Origin: Phoronis australis | Taxonomy: Eukaryota > Animalia > Phoronida | Length of the DNA: 64,000 nt | NCBI GenBank assembly: GCA_002633005.1 | Contig: NMRA01000513.1 | Location: 200,315 to 264,314, forward strand | Direction: 5' to 3' | In this document: positions 63,695 to 64,000 of the stretch, piece after piece | Layout of the letters: the number at the start of each line of letters is the position of its first letter | Position numbering within the stretch: the first letter of the stretch is position 1 | Notes under the pieces: generated by a model | The model's database searches: none | What the model saw: only the letters and a program-made list of their open reading frames with translations | Told to the model about the DNA's origin: nothing | Position numbers and translations under genes: made by a program

Positions 63695-63755
63695 CTAGCT
63701 TGATTCTTCCTTCTCAAACTCTTTCTCTCCATCTTTCGCCTCTTTCTCTTCTTCC
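63695..63755 (-). CDS. Gene C: last coding exon of a gene-B-like paralog or allele (EEEKEAKDGEKEFEKEESS*); upstream exons lie beyond the window
   Basis: Same 61-nt length, acceptor, TAG and downstream |gtaagt donor (63663/63662) as gene B exon 41178-41118. Confidence 0.7.
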
Positions 63756-64000
63756 CTAAGCAGAAAATACAATTTCATGTAAATGTGTATTTCCTCGATC
63801 GTGTCATAAACACAGATGTGGATTTTGTCTTGCATCATTTTCTTGATTATGGAACAGAACTGTTTGGTTTTTGCAGTTGTTGAACGGACGCAGTGTTTCA
63901 AGAATTTAAAAGTGTCAAGGACAGCACAATATTTCTCAAAAGTCTTTTTGGTGTTCGGACAAATTTATACTCACTTGGTGGTTTCCTTTACCCTGAGAGA

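Larger units (their letters stand above)
56886..64000 (+). repeat. Segmental duplication copy 2 (downstream flank and 3' end of gene C)
   Basis: Colinear with 34152-41423, with frequent substitutions, indels and distinct insertions. Confidence 0.9.

Noticed and set aside
1-64000. CRISPR array, rRNA or prokaryotic operon
   Set aside because: No repeat-spacer periodicity, no rRNA-like segment, low coding density and spliceosomal introns.

Overview
Eukaryotic, AT-rich, intron-containing DNA, most likely a metazoan and plausibly a marine invertebrate; the taxon cannot be fixed from sequence alone. It comes from a draft scaffold with five single-N joins (4887, 18473, 26733, 44961, 55200), each flanked by duplicated sequence. 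The main content is a minus-strand tandem cluster of secreted multi-EF-hand proteins, spliced here by hand. Gene A spans 23912->13846 (547 aa, 12 EF loops). Gene B spans 48260->41118 (761 aa, 14 intact and 2 broken EF loops). The last coding exon of a third copy (gene C, 63755->63695) is also present, and the rest of it lies beyond the window end. A and B share a signal-peptide exon whose ATG sits directly after an acceptor, an AGVLR pro-region start, and a run of symmetric phase-2 exons each encoding exactly one EF-hand pair. They also have KR/RKR convertase-like sites, E/K-rich spacers (gene B), no Cys in the mature part and no ER-retention signal. This looks like a modular, exon-duplicating Ca2+-binding polyprotein system. 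The intergenic DNA holds a decayed Polinton/Maverick integrase-chromodomain gene (2 copies), a probable Polinton capsid remnant, a Hint-like motif remnant, a 1.75-kb TIR element with a visible empty site, several MITE families, tRNA-like fragments, a ~7-kb duplication, and one orphan plus-strand ORF/exon (1547-2382).
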